This document shows, one piece after another, positions 60,795 to 64,000 of a DNA stretch of 64,000 bases; within the stretch, counting starts at the first letter, position 1; every line of letters begins with the position of its first letter. The position numbers were made by a program, and so were the translations under genes. The notes under the pieces were generated by a model, which was not told the origin of the DNA, did not search any database, and worked only from the letters and a program-made list of their open reading frames with translations. This stretch comes from Perkinsus chesapeaki ATCC PRA-425 (Eukaryota; Protista; Perkinsozoa), in assembly GCA_013115145.1 (NCBI GenBank), contig JAAPAO010000078.1, positions 24,306 to 88,305 on the forward strand, read 5' to 3'.

Positions 60795-62399
60795 ATGTCG
60801 TCTGACGATATGAGTCGCTACGATGGGGTGTATCTGTCGGTGGCGCAGCAAATTGGGGCGATCGAGCCACTGTTGGATTCCTTCTTCAGCTTCCTGGAGA
60901 GAAAGACCGACTTCATGACGGGTAATTACTTATCCCTCTTCCGGTATTCGCCAACTACGGCCAAAATGATGGCGATATCTTATTCTTGTCCTTGGTTCAG
61001 GCGAGGCGACTTCGGGTGCGGCGAAGGAGATGGTATTGAAGAGCTTTGATAAATATTATCAAGTAGCTATGCAGCGGAAAGTGGATGAGGCCGAGAAGAA
61101 CAGGTAAGATGAGGAATGGTTAGAGGAGCTTTGTTATCTTGGTGGTCGTGTGAGACCTGAGAGTGGAGTATCGATCACCGGCTTGTTTGAACGCGATGGG
61201 GGAATCAGGCAGTGTGGCTATTTGCAAAGGTGTCGGCGAGGGATGAAAGGGTTTTTACGATATATCGGTCGATTTCTGCGACCACCAGCATTTGGGATTG
61301 TTCCTTCCCGAGAGATTTAGGCGTTGGTGAGATGTTTTGATTGTAGGAGGGCCGATGAGGAAAGGAAGGCTCGGGCTGAGGCACAGAAGAAGGCTGATAT
61401 GGAGGAGTATGAGGCGAGGAAACGACAACAAGAACAGGAGGAGGAACCTAAGATAGTTGAGGTAGCTGGATAGTTGGATGGATATTGGTTAATGGAGAAC
61501 TACTTGTAGATCACAGAGGAGGAGGAACCTAGTAAGGATGAGCCAATGAAGGAGGTAAGGAGGCGAAGCGAAGCGATTCATGAATACAGATTTCAGGAGG
61601 CCGCTGCTGATGAGAAGGAGAATACGGACGAGGAGAATACAATAGATGTTGACGATGATACTCCTCCTCCACCTGGAAATGGCGGCGCTACCGACAAGTA
61701 CACTTGGACTCAAACGCTTAGTGTAGCCGATCTCCATCGAGATATCCAGGTGATAGCAGTTTGGATATTATCAGGCCGTGGAGGTATATATTCCAGTTAA
61801 GCCCGGCACGAGAGCTAAAAACGTGAAGATTACTATGACTGCTGATAAGGTGAAGGCAGTATTGGGGAGTGCATGGGAAGATGTTGTTTGGTAGGTTAAA
61901 GTGGCAACGGATGCTGATGGTGAAATTATCAATGGAGAGTGGAGCGCTCGAATTAAGCCGGATGATTCTATGTGGACACTTGAGGACAATAAGACCATTC
62001 ATGTGAGGGCTTGCTGGACTGTGGTGGTGGTGTTGGGTGGAATGGGCGTTGGTAGTTGTCGCTGGACAAGTATGATGGGATGAAGTGGTGGCCGTGTGTG
62101 GTTAAAGGAGATAAAGAAATTGATACGAAAAAGATTGTTCCGGAAAACTCGAAGTTGAGCGATTTGGACGGAGAGACGAGATCTACGGTGGAAAAGATGA
62201 TGTAAGATGATGATGGCTGAATAGCTAGAGGTGTCGGAATAATTGCGTCAGGTACGATCAGCAGCGAAAGCAGATGGGCTTGCCAACTAGCGATCAACAA
62301 AAGCAAGCGGATCTCCTGGAGAAGTTTAAAAAGGCTCATCCCGAGATGGACTTCTCCAACGCGAAAATCAATTACGGCGGCGGTGGAATGAATCTTTAA
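60795..62399 (+). CDS. NUDC: Nuclear migration protein NudC
   Basis: [69 protein letters not shown]|YDQ and [10 protein letters not shown]. Confidence 0.93.
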
Positions 62400-62550
62400 A
62401 GTTTCTATAGGCTGCGCGATTTTAGATTTCTCATTTGGTAGAACACTTGAAAGAACAGACAGACACCCTGACAGACGAACTGAGGAGTTGTGTTATTGAT
62501 GAGAGTTATGGCTGAGTTCAGAGGTTGTTGTCACTGATTCTACTTCGAGA

Positions 62551-63466
62551 ATGCCGGCCAGACTTCGGATGCCGGCGAATAATTATATGTCAACGAGCGC
62601 AACGCTGCAGACACATGGGATTTGGGTAGGTTGGGGGAAGAAGCGGAGTGAGGGTTTAATGTGATTGTTTGACAGAAACATACTATTAAATATGACCCAC
62701 ATGCCTCGGAGGAGGAAAAGAGGAAAGAGATAGGGAGAGAAGAGGACCTCAAGCACGGTGACGATTACAATGCTCAAGCGAGGTGGGCAGCAGTATTATT
62801 GTTGAAGTTATATTTGCTTAAGTGTTTGAATGTCGAGTGCAGTATACCAGAGATAGATTGCATTTTATATATGCGGTTGTACCACATTCACTTTCGACCC
62901 TTTGACTGTTGTATCGGGCAACGATCCATTTTCTCTTTACTATTGTTAGATCACTATTCCAGCTGGCAGCAGTCCAAATGGAAGGTCGCGGAGGCCATGA
63001 GCCGGGCTACACTCCTGGCGCATGTAAACATTGTGGGCAAGGTAAGAGATCACACAGCTGAATGGATGAGCCAGGATACATTTATTTGCGTAGTCGGGCA
63101 TTTGGCAAAGCAATGTATGAACTTGATAGACATAGACGACTTGGACAATCCCAATCCTAGAAAGAAACCTAGCACGTTCTCCTCTGAAGTTGCACAGCGA
63201 CCTAAGGTTTACGATAAAGTCGAGATTAGCTCTGAGGCGTCTGATAGCGATAAAAGGAAGAAGAAACATCATCACCATCATCACGTGAAGAGGCATCTCA
63301 GAAGGCGGGATGAAAGTAGGCAATCAGTTTTGTGGGAATTTAGTCATCAAACTTGTCAGGTGGGTCTCGGTCACGGTCTCGCTCGAGAGATAGAAAAGAT
63401 AAGAAGAGGAGAAAGAGCTCGTCTAAGAGATCATCCTCGCATCGGCATCGATCACGTAGGAGTTAA
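62551..63466 (+). CDS. CXIP4-like zinc-knuckle / RS-rich protein
   Basis: MPARLRMPANNYMSTSATLQTHGIW|KHTIKYDP resembles the CAX-interacting protein 4 N-terminus. Also GHLAKQCMN and an RS-rich tail. Confidence 0.75.
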
Positions 63467-63771
63467 AGTATATTATTACTCGGTGGTCGTGTTCTCGAGT
63501 TGTTAATATGTTATCATGTATCACCGATAGCTCTCTCTCGAGTAAAAAGCCATTCACCACATGGCTATGATGCATCCTCCCTGTGAACTAAACGGTCTCA
63601 TAAGTTCTCACAGCTAAGCACTTTGGAGATTTTTTGTGTAGGAGTGTAGGCTCTTTTTACGCCAACTCAAAAAACTGTACTTGAGTATGTGGATAAATAA
63701 TCTCTCTGAAAGAAATGATCACTATATCGGGCCTTGCTCGGAGTCTAGGCCATGCTACATCTCAGCAGATA

Positions 63772-63984
63772 CTAAAAGCACGTATACACCCTGCAGATGC
63801 ACCAGCGAGAGTTTGTGCAGCCAGACATGTAATTGCATCTCTGACCACTTCCTCCGCATCTGCCAAACATACAGGCGCATCTTTCCCCTGACGGACAGTC
63901 ATCATCGTCCACGCATATCTCCAGTGAGCCACCAATAGTAGAATGAATGATGAAGTTTATAACGAACAGCCACCAGGTGGACAT
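63772..63984 (-). CDS. Small secreted cysteine-rich peptide
   Basis: 70 aa with a hydrophobic leader and 10 Cys in the roughly 50-aa mature part. Confidence 0.55.
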   Translation of the reverse strand: MSTWWLFVINFIIHSTIGGSLEICVDDDDCPSGERCACMFGRCGGSGQRCNYMSGCTNSRWCICRVYTCF

Positions 63985-64000
63985 GAGGAAGGATTACTTC

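Overview
Compact, intron-rich eukaryotic protist DNA with short GT-AG introns. The gene style suggests a Perkinsus-like alveolate (inference). About 25 spliced genes are present: SAPS/PP6 regulatory subunit, two-CHORD protein, MFS transporter, DBP3 helicase, a PITP-PH-START fusion, TRAPPC1, a 3-RRM protein, TFIIH p34, an L/F-transferase (ATEL1-like), a mitochondrial carrier, EngB GTPase, GlnRS, EF-Ts, NudC, a CXIP4-like protein and several hypotheticals. An intron-poor island at about 6.2-17.7 kb holds five single-exon secreted-protein genes and many perfect palindromes. The main unexpected signal is that about 14 spliceosomal introns in 7 unrelated genes consist largely of a tRNA 3' half (variable loop, GGTTCGA T-arm, acceptor strand, T-run). 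They occur in both orientations relative to the host gene, which suggests a tRNA-derived intron-generating element. Also seen: an intronic MITE with 19-bp TIRs and a 5-bp TSD whose solo ends occur in many other introns, duplicated alternative last exons in the mitochondrial carrier, a 33-34 bp intronic minisatellite shared between distant genes, and a GlnRS with a CysRS-like C-terminal extension. Gene models were assembled by eye and exon boundaries in hypothetical genes are approximate.
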